A stretch of DNA of 64,000 nt from Ohtaekwangia sp. GTDB taxonomy: Bacteria > Bacteroidota > Bacteroidia > Cytophagales > Cyclobacteriaceae. The DNA is taken from positions 15,461 through 79,460 of the forward strand of contig DASXWH010000188.1 in the NCBI GenBank assembly GCA_036503775.1, given 5' to 3'. Position 1 is the first letter of the stretch; every line of letters starts with the position of its first letter. The translations under genes and the position numbers were made by a program. Of this stretch, positions 19,554 to 29,396 are shown one piece after another. The notes beneath the pieces are model-generated. The model did no database searches and had not been told where the DNA came from. It was given only the letters and a program-made list of their open reading frames with translations.

Positions 19554-20865
19554 TCTTTTATTTATTCTGACGTTGCTTTGTATTGCTTTTGCCTGTGATA
19601 CAGGTGGGGAGTATACGGGAGAATCTGAAAAGTATTTTATTAAATACTATGGTGAAGATGGAGAACAGGAAGCAGTCGATTTCCATATTAATGACGATGG
19701 AACGGTGCTTATTCTCGCCAGTACAGTAACACCTTCAGGTTTCAAGCAGATACTGCTAATTAAAGTCGATGATAAGGGGAATATCCTCTGGCAAAAAAAA
19801 TACGGAACACCAAATGTAAATGAGGGGCCTCAGGACATTGAACCTACTGTAAATGGCGGACAATTTCTGATCTTATCAAACATGTTTTTAGGAACCGATC
19901 CGTCAACAAATGAAGGTAAGTATGACTTCAAGGTAATTCGAATTGAAGAAGATGGTACAAAGATCGATAGCATGGTGTTTAACAATAACGGGGGTGACTG
20001 GGAAACTCAGTTTATGCGGTCGATAACTCCGATCTCTAATGGAGGTTTTGTTACTACGGGAAACTCTACTGATGAAACTATTTTTGATCCTGATAAAGTC
20101 CCACCCTCGGTTGATCTGGAAGAATTAATCATTCTCACATTTAATTCTGACTATTCACAATACTTGTCGCAAAATCCGGTATCGCCCGGAGAACAATTTG
20201 GTTCGGGCATTAAAATCTTTGAGGATGGTAATGATGCAGACAGATTTTTTTGGTTCTGTTACCTCGATCAGAAACCGGCCAGTCATGAAGCTGAGAATTC
20301 AAACTTTGCAACGTTCAGTTTTGGATTGAGCGGCCAGTTGGAAGTACCACCTCCGGGTAGCGAATCAGCTGTGTTCTCAGGTGTGGATGGTACCGATGAA
20401 ATATTAGTCTCGGTTTGCAAAGTACCGAATTCTCTGGGGGGAGGATTTTATGAATTGGGAACATCCCGATCTTCATCTACGGCAACATCGGGAACGTTGT
20501 ATTTTAGTCGGAGAGGTCCAAACCTTACAAAAACAAGTGAAGGTTTCGTATTGAATAAGGAGGGTAATCCGTTAGGCGGTAATCTTTCCGCTGTAGATGT
20601 AGCACCTGCTAAAGTGGTTGAAGGTTTTTTAGTATTAGCGAATGAACAGACTTCAACGGGAAGTACGATACGTCTGACCAGGCTCACATCATCAAGCCGG
20701 GAGGAATGGTCAACTAATTTTGGATCATTTGGCAGGTTCAACAGCGGAGCAAAAGTGGCCGAATTACCGGACGGAAGAATCTTTGTTTTGGGGACAATTG
20801 CACTGGAAACTCAGAAGAAGGTAGCCCTGATCAAGGTTAATCGGAATGGCGAATTTTTAAACTAG
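19534..20865 (+). CDS. Lipoprotein, probable beta-propeller-like repeats, function unknown
   Basis: Lipobox ..IAFA-C at residue 21; repeats LLIKVDDKGNILWQKKYG, RLTSSSREEWSTNFG, LIKVNRNGEF. Confidence 0.7.
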   Translation: MKLRATNLLFILTLLCIAFACDTGGEYTGESEKYFIKYYGEDGEQEAVDFHINDDGTVLILASTVTPSGFKQILLIKVDDKGNILWQKKYGTPNVNEGPQDIEPTVNGGQFLILSNMFLGTDPSTNEGKYDFKVIRIEEDGTKIDSMVFNNNGGDWETQFMRSITPISNGGFVTTGNSTDETIFDPDKVPPSVDLEELIILTFNSDYSQYLSQNPVSPGEQFGSGIKIFEDGNDADRFFWFCYLDQKPASHEAENSNFATFSFGLSGQLEVPPPGSESAVFSGVDGTDEILVSVCKVPNSLGGGFYELGTSRSSSTATSGTLYFSRRGPNLTKTSEGFVLNKEGNPLGGNLSAVDVAPAKVVEGFLVLANEQTSTGSTIRLTRLTSSSREEWSTNFGSFGRFNSGAKVAELPDGRIFVLGTIALETQKKVALIKVNRNGEFLN

Positions 20866-20942
20866 CGTAAAGCTTGTATATTTCGTGGTTACATTTTTTA
20901 AGGGAAATTCATAAACACCCTAACCGGAATCCCCTTTTGACA

Positions 20943-23900
20943 ATGAGGAGATATTTTTTAGCCTTTTTAGTAACCCTTTCCGCTTTTGCGGCAATTCCGG
21001 CTCATGCCCAGTGTAATTTCACGGGTCTTAATTCTTCGTATTGTATTGACAATGGCTTGGTTCCGCTCACCGGAGGGACTACATATTATGGCCCTGGTGT
21101 TACCGGAAGCAATTTTAATCCATCAGTTGCCGGACTAGGTACCCACCAGCTTGTTACCACTTCAGGATCAGCAACTACTTACTTTGTTCAAACAACAGGC
21201 ACGTTTAATCCTGTGGCAGGATCAGGGACTTCGGTCGTACTGGCCGATGATGCAGAAACCGGATTATTAAGCATCGGTTTTACATTCAATTTTTTTGGTA
21301 CCAACTATACCGATCTGCGTATCGCTTCGAATGGACTATTGGGGTTTGGATCTCCAGCTGCATTAACAAACAGTAACAATGTGGCACTGCCAAATGCAGT
21401 TGATCCGGACAATATTATCGCCTTTGCCTGGGATGACCTGAATCCTGCTCTCGGAGGTACGATCGATTACTTCACAACAGGTTCTGCACCCTACCGGAAG
21501 TTCATCGTGAACTTCACGAATATCAGACGAGTTACTTCGTTGACTACAGTTACTATACAGGTGCAGCTCCATGAGAGCACCAATATCATAGAGCTTCACT
21601 CCACGAATGTTGACTTCTCAGCCAACTTTGCTACACAGGGTATTGAAGGTCCTGATACGGGTACTACGGTGGCTTATGTTGTACCCGGTAGAAATCTCGC
21701 TTCGTTTACCGCTGTCAACGACTTTAAAGCATTTGTCCCGACTTGTGTCGATATCCAGAATGTAACGGTCACTGGATTACCAACGGCTTCGCTTACGGTT
21801 TCACCGGCTTCAACTACCGTATGTGCAGGAAGTTCTGTTCCTGTTACCATTACATCGGCACAGGCGGGTGTACTCTACCAGCTTCGTAACAATGCAACAA
21901 ATGTTCCGCTTAGCGGGAGTTTTTCGGGATCAGGTGGTAATCTGATTATCAATAGCGATCCCATCTCAGCAAACACAGTTATAAAAGTCTACGCACAAAA
22001 TGCAACTACACTTTGTGATGTTGATCTTTCAAACCTTGTAACCGTTACCACCACAACACCTCCGACAGCAGCAGCGGCTGGCTCTGATAATTCTGTATGT
22101 GGACTGACGGCAAATCTTACCGGAAATATTCCTGGAGTTGGTACAGGATTATGGACGAAAATAAGCGGCCCGGGAACAGTTAATTTTGGTGATAATACAC
22201 TTGGAACATCAACCGCTACGGTTGATGCATATGGTACGTACATTCTTCGCTGGACAACAAGCAATGGAGTATGTACACCAAGTACAGATGATGTTATAAT
22301 AACCTATAGCCAGGCTCCGATCATTGCCACCGATCCATCTCCTCAGGTTGCCTGTACCAACTCATCTGCCACGTTCAGTGTAGTTGCTAATGGCACAGCG
22401 CTTACATATCAGTGGCGTAAAGGTGGAGTTAACATAGGAGGGGCAACCAGTTCGAGTTATACCATATCCAATGTAACAGCCACTGATGTCGACAACTATG
22501 ATGTCGTGGTGAGCGGCTCATGTGGCTCACCAGTTACCAGTACAGCAGCTTCCTTAACTGTAAATTCGTTACCATCAATTTCTGTTCATCCTGTATCGCA
22601 ATCAATTTGCGTAGGAGGTGGGGTTACATTTAGTGTTACAGCCGCAGGTACAGGTGTTACGTATCAGTGGCGCAAGGGGGGAGTAAACATAGTCGGAGCT
22701 ACGAGTTCAAGTTATAGCATAGCCAGCGTTGCCACGGGTGATGCGGGACTTTATGATGTAGTGGTAGGGGGCACGTGTACACCAAGTGTGACGAGTGCAT
22801 CTGCGACCTTAACGGTCAATACCCTTCCGTCCATCACGGCTCAGCCTGCACCCGCGCAGTCGATCTGCGAGCGCAGCGGAGTAAGCTTCAGTGTTACGGC
22901 TACAGGCACGGGCTTAACGTATCAGTGGCGCAAGAACGGAGTAGACATCGGAGGCGCCACGGGTTCACTGTATACGATAGCATCCACCAGTACTTCCGAT
23001 GCTGGCAGCTACACGGTAGTGGTGAGCGGCACCTGTACACCGGGAGTTACCAGCGCAGCGTCAGTATTAACCATCAACGAGCAGCCGGAGATCCTTACGG
23101 GTCCGGTGTCGCAGTCTATCTGTGTGGGCAGTGGCGTTACCTTCACGGTGTCTGCGGGTGTGACTACAGGTGTTACGTATCAGTGGCGCAAGGGGGGAGT
23201 AAACATAGTCGGAGCTACGAGTTCAAGTTATAGTATAGCCAGCGTTGCCACGGGTGATGCGGGACTTTATGATGTAGTGGTAAGCGGCACGTGTACACCA
23301 AGTGTGACGAGTGCATCCGCGACCTTAACGGTCAATACCCTTCCGTCCATCACGGCTCAGCCTGCACCCGCGCAGTCTATCTGCGAGGGCAGCGGAGTAA
23401 GCTTCAGTGTAACGGCTACGGGTACAGGCTTAACGTATCAGTGGCGCAAGAACGGAGTAGACATTGGAGGCGCGACAGCTTCCACCTATTCCATATTGAA
23501 TGTAACAACTGCCGATGCAGCAGACTATGATGTTGTTATCAATGGTACCTGTACACCTGGAGTCACGAGTGCAATAAGTGCGCTTGCTGTAAATACCTTA
23601 CCGGTAATCACAGCACATCCGGTAACAAGCCAGACGATCTGTGAAGGAAGCATTGCCAGCTTTAGTGTCACGGCAACCGGCACAAACCTGACCTATCAGT
23701 GGCGGAAGAATGGCGTGGATATCGGAAGCGCAACCTCTTCAACATATACCATTCCTGCTACGGCAACGACCGATGCCGGAGTTTACGCTGTTTTAGTTAG
23801 TGGCACATGTGTACCTCCGATGTTGAGTACAAGCTCTCAGCTTATCATCAACGAACAACCCGAGATAATCACGCAACCTGTTTCCGAGATTATTTGTGCA

Positions 23901-26900
23901 GGTCAGAATGTGACCTTCAGCGTGGATGCTGGTGTTACTACAGGCGTAAGTTATCAATGGAGAAAAAATGGATCGAACATAGGAGGGGCAACATCCTCAA
24001 CGTATACCATTACGAATGCGGTAGCAGGTGATGCCGGCAGCTATGACGTAGTGATAAGTGGTGCCTGTGCACCGAGCTTACCAAGTTCAGCGGCAACACT
24101 CACAGTAAATCCGATTCCGGATGCGCTGGCTTCAGATCAGGCAATATGCAGTGGGCAAACAACCAATATCGCCATCACTAATCCGAATGGAGTTTCAGGT
24201 ACTACATTCAGCTGGACAGTGCAGAATTCAATTGGCGTCAGTGGTGCCTCCGCAGGAACCGGTGGACCGAACACGGCTAACATTGCCCAACTGCTTTCAA
24301 CGACCGGACCTGCACAGGGATCGGTGACATACATAATAACACCTGTGGCTGCGGGATGTAATGGAACTTCTGTAGCGGTGAGTGTGAATGTTAAACCTAT
24401 CCCGGATGTTGCCGCGTCACCACAGGTTATTTGTAACGGATCGAGTACAAGTATTGCGATAACAAATCCGAATGGTGTTGCCAATACAACCTTTACATGG
24501 ACTGTAGTATCATCTCCCAACGTTACCGGAGCATCAGCCGGAACGGGGTCTGCAATCACTCAGGTTTTGAATTTAGTATCCGCTACCAGTTCGGGAACAG
24601 TTACCTACGAGGTTACACCCATTTCCGGTGGTTGTCTGGGAACACCTGTTACCGTTTCTGTCACGGTTAATCCAAGGCCTCAGATCACAACACCTCCGGC
24701 ATCTATGATCCAGGAGATCTGTAGTGGTGTGCCATTGAATTTTACACCATCAACCTCGATCGGAGCTACATTGGACTGGACATCTTCCATTGTAGGACCT
24801 CCATTGACAGGTGTTTCAGCTTCCGGTTCAGGAGCGATAACGGATACTCCTGTCAACGCTTCGAATACAAGCTCATTCATTATCTATACCATAACACCTT
24901 CAATAGGAGGAACCTGCAGCGGAACTCCAGCGAATTTTGTTGTGAATGTTAAACCGAGACCAACAGCAGCAGCTAATCCACAAACGATCTGTTCTGGAAA
25001 TTCAACGTCTGTGTCGATCACAAACCCCAACAATGTTTCGGGAACAACCTTCTCCTGGGTGGCAACACCTACGGATGTGAACGGATATTCAGATGGTTCC
25101 GGAAATGTAATCAGCCAGGTGCTTTCTACGGCTATTATGGATACTCCGGGATCAGTAGATTACTTGATAACGCCTTCAGCCAATGGCTGCGCAGGAACAC
25201 CGATCAATGTCCTGGTGGATGTTAAGCCTGTACCTGTAATTACCAATACGGCTGCGAGTTTGTCACAACAGATATGCAGTGACGAGACCCTAAATCTTAA
25301 CCTGACCTCAACAATTACAGGGGCCACTTTCTCCTGGACAACTACATTTACCGGGCCGATTGATCCGGCATCGATCAATGCGGGTTCCGGAACCGTTATA
25401 AATGATTCGCCCAGGAACATTGGAAATACAACAGGTATCGTTACCTATACCATCACACCAAGTTTCAACGGTTGTGATGGTGTACCTGTCAGCTTTGTTG
25501 TTGCTGTTAAACCCATCCCATCTGCAACGGCATCAAATGTCACGGTCTGCAGCGGTGAGACAGCTATCGTATCCATACTTCCGACACCGAATAATGTTGC
25601 GGGAACTACTTTCGCATGGACAGCTACACCAACTTCAAATGTTGTGGGAGGGCTAAGCGGAAACGGCTCCACGATCAGTCAGACATTATCCACAACGGAT
25701 GCATCCATTGGATCGGTTACATATTCGATCACTCCAACGGCTAATGGATGTAGTAATCCTGTACCTGTAACGGTGACGGTTACCGTGAATCCTTCTGTAA
25801 CCGTGAATGCAGGTTCTGACTTTAGTGTATGTGAACCCGTTACTTTCCCGATCAGCGGAACGGTATCCGGAAGCGCTACTACCGGAACATGGTCAATCGT
25901 TTCTGGTGGTGGTACCTTATCTTCAAGTTCAACTGCGCCTTCAGGAACTCCGGGCGAATATTTAATTACAGCAACCTACACAGTTGATCCTGCAGATATA
26001 GCTGCAAGCGTTACGTTCAGATTAACCACAAATGATCCGGATGGCGGTTCAGGACCTTGCACAGACAAATCAGATGAACTGACGGTAAATATTAATGAAC
26101 AGGCAAAGCTGACTGTTCCGGCTAACTATACAGTTTGTGAGCCGACCAGATTTACACTTGCCGGAACCTTAACCGGTAGTGCTACATCGGGTTCATGGAG
26201 TTTGATAACGGGTAACGGTGGTTTAAATGTAAGTAATGTTTCGGTGGTGAGCCCGACACTGCGGAATGTAACCGCAGACTATTTCCCGGATGTCACTGAC
26301 GTTACAACTACTTTACGGTTCAGATTGACTACGATTGATCCGGATGGTTCCGGTCCTTGCGTGGCCGAATACGCTGAGGTTGACGTTCATGTGAATCAGT
26401 CTGCTCGTGTTAATGCAGGTATTGATTTTGAAATATGCAAAGGCGAGGTTGCCCAACTCAATGGAAGCCTTGCACCTTCAGCATCGTCAATTACCTGGAG
26501 TGGTGAACCTGCCTCGCGGTTCTCTGATATAAATGATCTGGCATCTCAGTTCATGCCAACGCAGGCAAACATTGATGCTGGTGGTGTTACATTAACGATC
26601 TCTTCAAATGATCCGGATGGTAGCGGACCCTGCGGCATTGTAAATGATGATGTGTTCATCAGGATTAATCCTATTCCTCAACCTGTGATAGCAGACCTGG
26701 CAAATTCATATGCGGAGAATGACCCGATCGTGCCCATCACGGGTTTCCCGTCTCCGGGTGTATTCACAGGACCTGGTATACAAGCCGGAACAAACCTTTT
26801 CGATCCGGGTGATGCGAACATCGGTTTTGATACGATTGTGTATACGTATACCAACCCTACTACAGGTTGCGTTGGAGATACGAGCAAGGTTGTTATCATT

Positions 26901-29396
26901 AACCCGCTTACAGATATAAATTTTGGTCTGCAGGTTGAAGGCTCTCCGTTTGTTGATTTCAGTATCGAACCTAAGATATGCAGTAACAATGGAAAGGTGA
27001 GACTAATTGGTGATCCGGATATTTCGGAAGGCGAGGATCCTACCGATTTTTCCGCCCCGATCACTCCGGAAATACTGGGTTCAGACGCGATGGGTTGGTA
27101 CATAAATACAGATGGAAGATGGTCCGGTCAATACTTTGTTAAGTATACCTACACCAATGAGTTCGGTGCAACCAACGAGATCCTGAAGAAGATCATTATA
27201 AATGCTTCACCGAAAGCTCAGATCGGAGCTAGTAATTCATGCGTAACGGATATCGTTCAGTTCACTGACCTGTCTGTGATACCGGATGATTCATTGAATG
27301 CACAAATAGAAAGGTGGGAGTGGGACTTTGATGACGGAGGCGCCAAGAAAACAGATCAGAACCCGGATTGGAAATTCGACACAGAAGGATTTTATGACGT
27401 GGTGTTGACTGTCACTACATTTGATAACTGTACAGCAGATACCGTTAAGCAGATACGTATTGGTACAACACCGGATGTTGACTTTGAGTGGACAAAAGTA
27501 TGCGTGTCACGTGATACAACTGAGTTTAGAAATTTGTCCGATGGAGGTATCAGTAATATTATAAAATACCAGTGGGATTTTGGTGATACCTATACAACGC
27601 CTTTGGATACAGCATCCGAAATGATTCCTCCGACACTGGATGGCGGCCGCACGTCCAACACATTCCAGGATCCTTATCATAAATACGATGCTTTCTCAAC
27701 GTACAATGTAGTACTTACAGCAGAGACGGATGATGGTTGTATCAGTTCGAAAACGAAGAAAGTATACATTCTCGACTACCAGAAACCGGATGAAGAACTG
27801 GATTCAGCCTACATTGAAAACTTCGACAGTGGCCCAGGTACATGGGTGAAGATAGATGCTGATACCGCATCGAGTTGGGTGTTCGGTCTCCCTGCCGGAA
27901 ATGTGATTAATTCTGCGGCTTCGGGTAACAATGCATGGTGGACAGGTTCGAATCCGAATTCAGTCACGGATTACAGTACGTACTTCGACAATGAAAACTC
28001 TGAAGTTATCGGACCCTGTCTGAATTTGAGTGCGCTTGAACGGCCTATGATATCACTCAGCTACTGGTCAGATACCCCGCAGGGATTTGATGGAGCAGTC
28101 GTTCAATATTCAACCGATGGTGGACAAAACTGGGAAACGATCGGGGACGCTTTGGGTGCTGGTATTAACTGGTATAATGCACCTGACCTTGTAAGTGAAC
28201 CCGGTGGACAGGATAACTATGCATGGTCATCACGTAATGCAAAATGGAGAAGAGCAAGCTTCAACCTGGATCAGATAACCCAGCGTGATCTGGTAGTGTT
28301 CCGGGTAGCGTTTGCAAGTAATAATGATAACCTGAATGATCCGAAAACATTAAATGGTTTTGCATTCGATGATATTTATATCGGTGAGAAGAGAAAGAAT
28401 GTGTTGGTTGAACATTTCACCAGTGATAATCTTGATGCTCCAGGTCTTTTCGCAATTGACTACCTGGATGGTCTTGATGCCCGGAACTTCAACCGGATCC
28501 AGTACCACATTGCCAATCCTTCCGGTGATGTTATCAACGAAGCTAATCAGGCTGATCCGTATGCGCGAACGCTTTTGTATAGCGTGCAGGCTGCACCGGT
28601 TGCGATCATGGATGGTATTACCGGGGCTTTTGGTAAAGAAACCAACTTCAACGGAGCGTATGACAAAATAACCAATGAAGAATTAGACAGAAGATCACTT
28701 GAAGAGCCTTCATTTGATATAACAGTTGACATTAATCCTTCTGCACCGGATATGTTGAATGTTGATTTCCAGTATTCATTTATTGATATGGATGATACGA
28801 TTTCAGCTCCGGTCATCTTACACGCTGCATTGGTGGAGACAGGTTTACCGGGTAATCCGTATGGTAATAAGAACTCATTACGGAAGCTTCTCTTTGGTCC
28901 GGAGGGATGGGTTATTGATGCTCAATTGAATGCAGGGGTATTGTTTGACTCCATACGATCGAATATGAATTTCCCGATTGATGTTCCGGTGGTCGATGGT
29001 AACAAGCTTTCAATCATTGCCTTTGTACAGGAAAAGAAAACGACACGGATACTTCAGTCGGTACAGGTGCCCATTCCAGGTCCTAAGCAATCACAGGCTC
29101 CGGTAGGACTTCCGGATGATCCGATTGTGTCTGAGATCAGTAAAGTAAGTATCTATCCTAACCCGGCATCCCAGAACATCAACGTGTACCTGGAAGAGAA
29201 GCTGAAACATGACTATCACTGGAAGATCATTGACCAGCGTGGTGTGGTGGTATTGGATGGTGAACTGCAGCGCGATCTGACCAACGCTCAGCAGGTGGAT
29301 ATCAGCACCATTGCCAATGGTATTTACTTCATGGCCATTCAGTATGGCGACCGTGCAGTTCTCTACAAGAAGATAGCGGTGATGAACAGAAATTAA
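20943..29396 (+). CDS. Giant T9SS-secreted multi-domain surface protein (nidogen-like, Ig, PKD-like, PKD, MAM/ConA-like, Omp28-like, type A CTD)
   Basis: ATG at 20943 gives signal peptide MRRYFLAFLVTLSAFAAIPAHAQ; 7x QWRK(N/G)G Ig units; 6x TF.W...V.Y.ITP units; 3x DPDG(G)SGPC units; W(E/Q)WDF PKD motifs; CTD IYPNPASQ...ANGIYFMAI...KKIAV. Confidence 0.88.
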   Translation: MRRYFLAFLVTLSAFAAIPAHAQCNFTGLNSSYCIDNGLVPLTGGTTYYGPGVTGSNFNPSVAGLGTHQLVTTSGSATTYFVQTTGTFNPVAGSGTSVVLADDAETGLLSIGFTFNFFGTNYTDLRIASNGLLGFGSPAALTNSNNVALPNAVDPDNIIAFAWDDLNPALGGTIDYFTTGSAPYRKFIVNFTNIRRVTSLTTVTIQVQLHESTNIIELHSTNVDFSANFATQGIEGPDTGTTVAYVVPGRNLASFTAVNDFKAFVPTCVDIQNVTVTGLPTASLTVSPASTTVCAGSSVPVTITSAQAGVLYQLRNNATNVPLSGSFSGSGGNLIINSDPISANTVIKVYAQNATTLCDVDLSNLVTVTTTTPPTAAAAGSDNSVCGLTANLTGNIPGVGTGLWTKISGPGTVNFGDNTLGTSTATVDAYGTYILRWTTSNGVCTPSTDDVIITYSQAPIIATDPSPQVACTNSSATFSVVANGTALTYQWRKGGVNIGGATSSSYTISNVTATDVDNYDVVVSGSCGSPVTSTAASLTVNSLPSISVHPVSQSICVGGGVTFSVTAAGTGVTYQWRKGGVNIVGATSSSYSIASVATGDAGLYDVVVGGTCTPSVTSASATLTVNTLPSITAQPAPAQSICERSGVSFSVTATGTGLTYQWRKNGVDIGGATGSLYTIASTSTSDAGSYTVVVSGTCTPGVTSAASVLTINEQPEILTGPVSQSICVGSGVTFTVSAGVTTGVTYQWRKGGVNIVGATSSSYSIASVATGDAGLYDVVVSGTCTPSVTSASATLTVNTLPSITAQPAPAQSICEGSGVSFSVTATGTGLTYQWRKNGVDIGGATASTYSILNVTTADAADYDVVINGTCTPGVTSAISALAVNTLPVITAHPVTSQTICEGSIASFSVTATGTNLTYQWRKNGVDIGSATSSTYTIPATATTDAGVYAVLVSGTCVPPMLSTSSQLIINEQPEIITQPVSEIICAGQNVTFSVDAGVTTGVSYQWRKNGSNIGGATSSTYTITNAVAGDAGSYDVVISGACAPSLPSSAATLTVNPIPDALASDQAICSGQTTNIAITNPNGVSGTTFSWTVQNSIGVSGASAGTGGPNTANIAQLLSTTGPAQGSVTYIITPVAAGCNGTSVAVSVNVKPIPDVAASPQVICNGSSTSIAITNPNGVANTTFTWTVVSSPNVTGASAGTGSAITQVLNLVSATSSGTVTYEVTPISGGCLGTPVTVSVTVNPRPQITTPPASMIQEICSGVPLNFTPSTSIGATLDWTSSIVGPPLTGVSASGSGAITDTPVNASNTSSFIIYTITPSIGGTCSGTPANFVVNVKPRPTAAANPQTICSGNSTSVSITNPNNVSGTTFSWVATPTDVNGYSDGSGNVISQVLSTAIMDTPGSVDYLITPSANGCAGTPINVLVDVKPVPVITNTAASLSQQICSDETLNLNLTSTITGATFSWTTTFTGPIDPASINAGSGTVINDSPRNIGNTTGIVTYTITPSFNGCDGVPVSFVVAVKPIPSATASNVTVCSGETAIVSILPTPNNVAGTTFAWTATPTSNVVGGLSGNGSTISQTLSTTDASIGSVTYSITPTANGCSNPVPVTVTVTVNPSVTVNAGSDFSVCEPVTFPISGTVSGSATTGTWSIVSGGGTLSSSSTAPSGTPGEYLITATYTVDPADIAASVTFRLTTNDPDGGSGPCTDKSDELTVNINEQAKLTVPANYTVCEPTRFTLAGTLTGSATSGSWSLITGNGGLNVSNVSVVSPTLRNVTADYFPDVTDVTTTLRFRLTTIDPDGSGPCVAEYAEVDVHVNQSARVNAGIDFEICKGEVAQLNGSLAPSASSITWSGEPASRFSDINDLASQFMPTQANIDAGGVTLTISSNDPDGSGPCGIVNDDVFIRINPIPQPVIADLANSYAENDPIVPITGFPSPGVFTGPGIQAGTNLFDPGDANIGFDTIVYTYTNPTTGCVGDTSKVVIINPLTDINFGLQVEGSPFVDFSIEPKICSNNGKVRLIGDPDISEGEDPTDFSAPITPEILGSDAMGWYINTDGRWSGQYFVKYTYTNEFGATNEILKKIIINASPKAQIGASNSCVTDIVQFTDLSVIPDDSLNAQIERWEWDFDDGGAKKTDQNPDWKFDTEGFYDVVLTVTTFDNCTADTVKQIRIGTTPDVDFEWTKVCVSRDTTEFRNLSDGGISNIIKYQWDFGDTYTTPLDTASEMIPPTLDGGRTSNTFQDPYHKYDAFSTYNVVLTAETDDGCISSKTKKVYILDYQKPDEELDSAYIENFDSGPGTWVKIDADTASSWVFGLPAGNVINSAASGNNAWWTGSNPNSVTDYSTYFDNENSEVIGPCLNLSALERPMISLSYWSDTPQGFDGAVVQYSTDGGQNWETIGDALGAGINWYNAPDLVSEPGGQDNYAWSSRNAKWRRASFNLDQITQRDLVVFRVAFASNNDNLNDPKTLNGFAFDDIYIGEKRKNVLVEHFTSDNLDAPGLFAIDYLDGLDARNFNRIQYHIANPSGDVINEANQADPYARTLLYSVQAAPVAIMDGITGAFGKETNFNGAYDKITNEELDRRSLEEPSFDITVDINPSAPDMLNVDFQYSFIDMDDTISAPVILHAALVETGLPGNPYGNKNSLRKLLFGPEGWVIDAQLNAGVLFDSIRSNMNFPIDVPVVDGNKLSIIAFVQEKKTTRILQSVQVPIPGPKQSQAPVGLPDDPIVSEISKVSIYPNPASQNINVYLEEKLKHDYHWKIIDQRGVVVLDGELQRDLTNAQQVDISTIANGIYFMAIQYGDRAVLYKKIAVMNRN
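22649..23476 (+). repeat. Near-identical intragenic direct repeat (22649-22960 and 23165-23476)
   Basis: Two ~312-bp copies offset by 516 bp (172 codons); I count 12 mismatches by eye (~96% identity). Confidence 0.9.

Noticed and set aside
22775-23530. Alternative-frame ORFs 22775-23233 and 23291-23530 with near-identical N-termini (MYTKCDECI.DLNGQYPSVHHG)
   Set aside because: Shadows of the 516-bp-offset DNA repeat inside the adhesin gene; no independent coding signal.
15245-29396. Horizontally acquired island or prophage
   Set aside because: No integrase, transposase, tRNA or att-like repeats seen, and no obvious compositional break except the internal repeat block.
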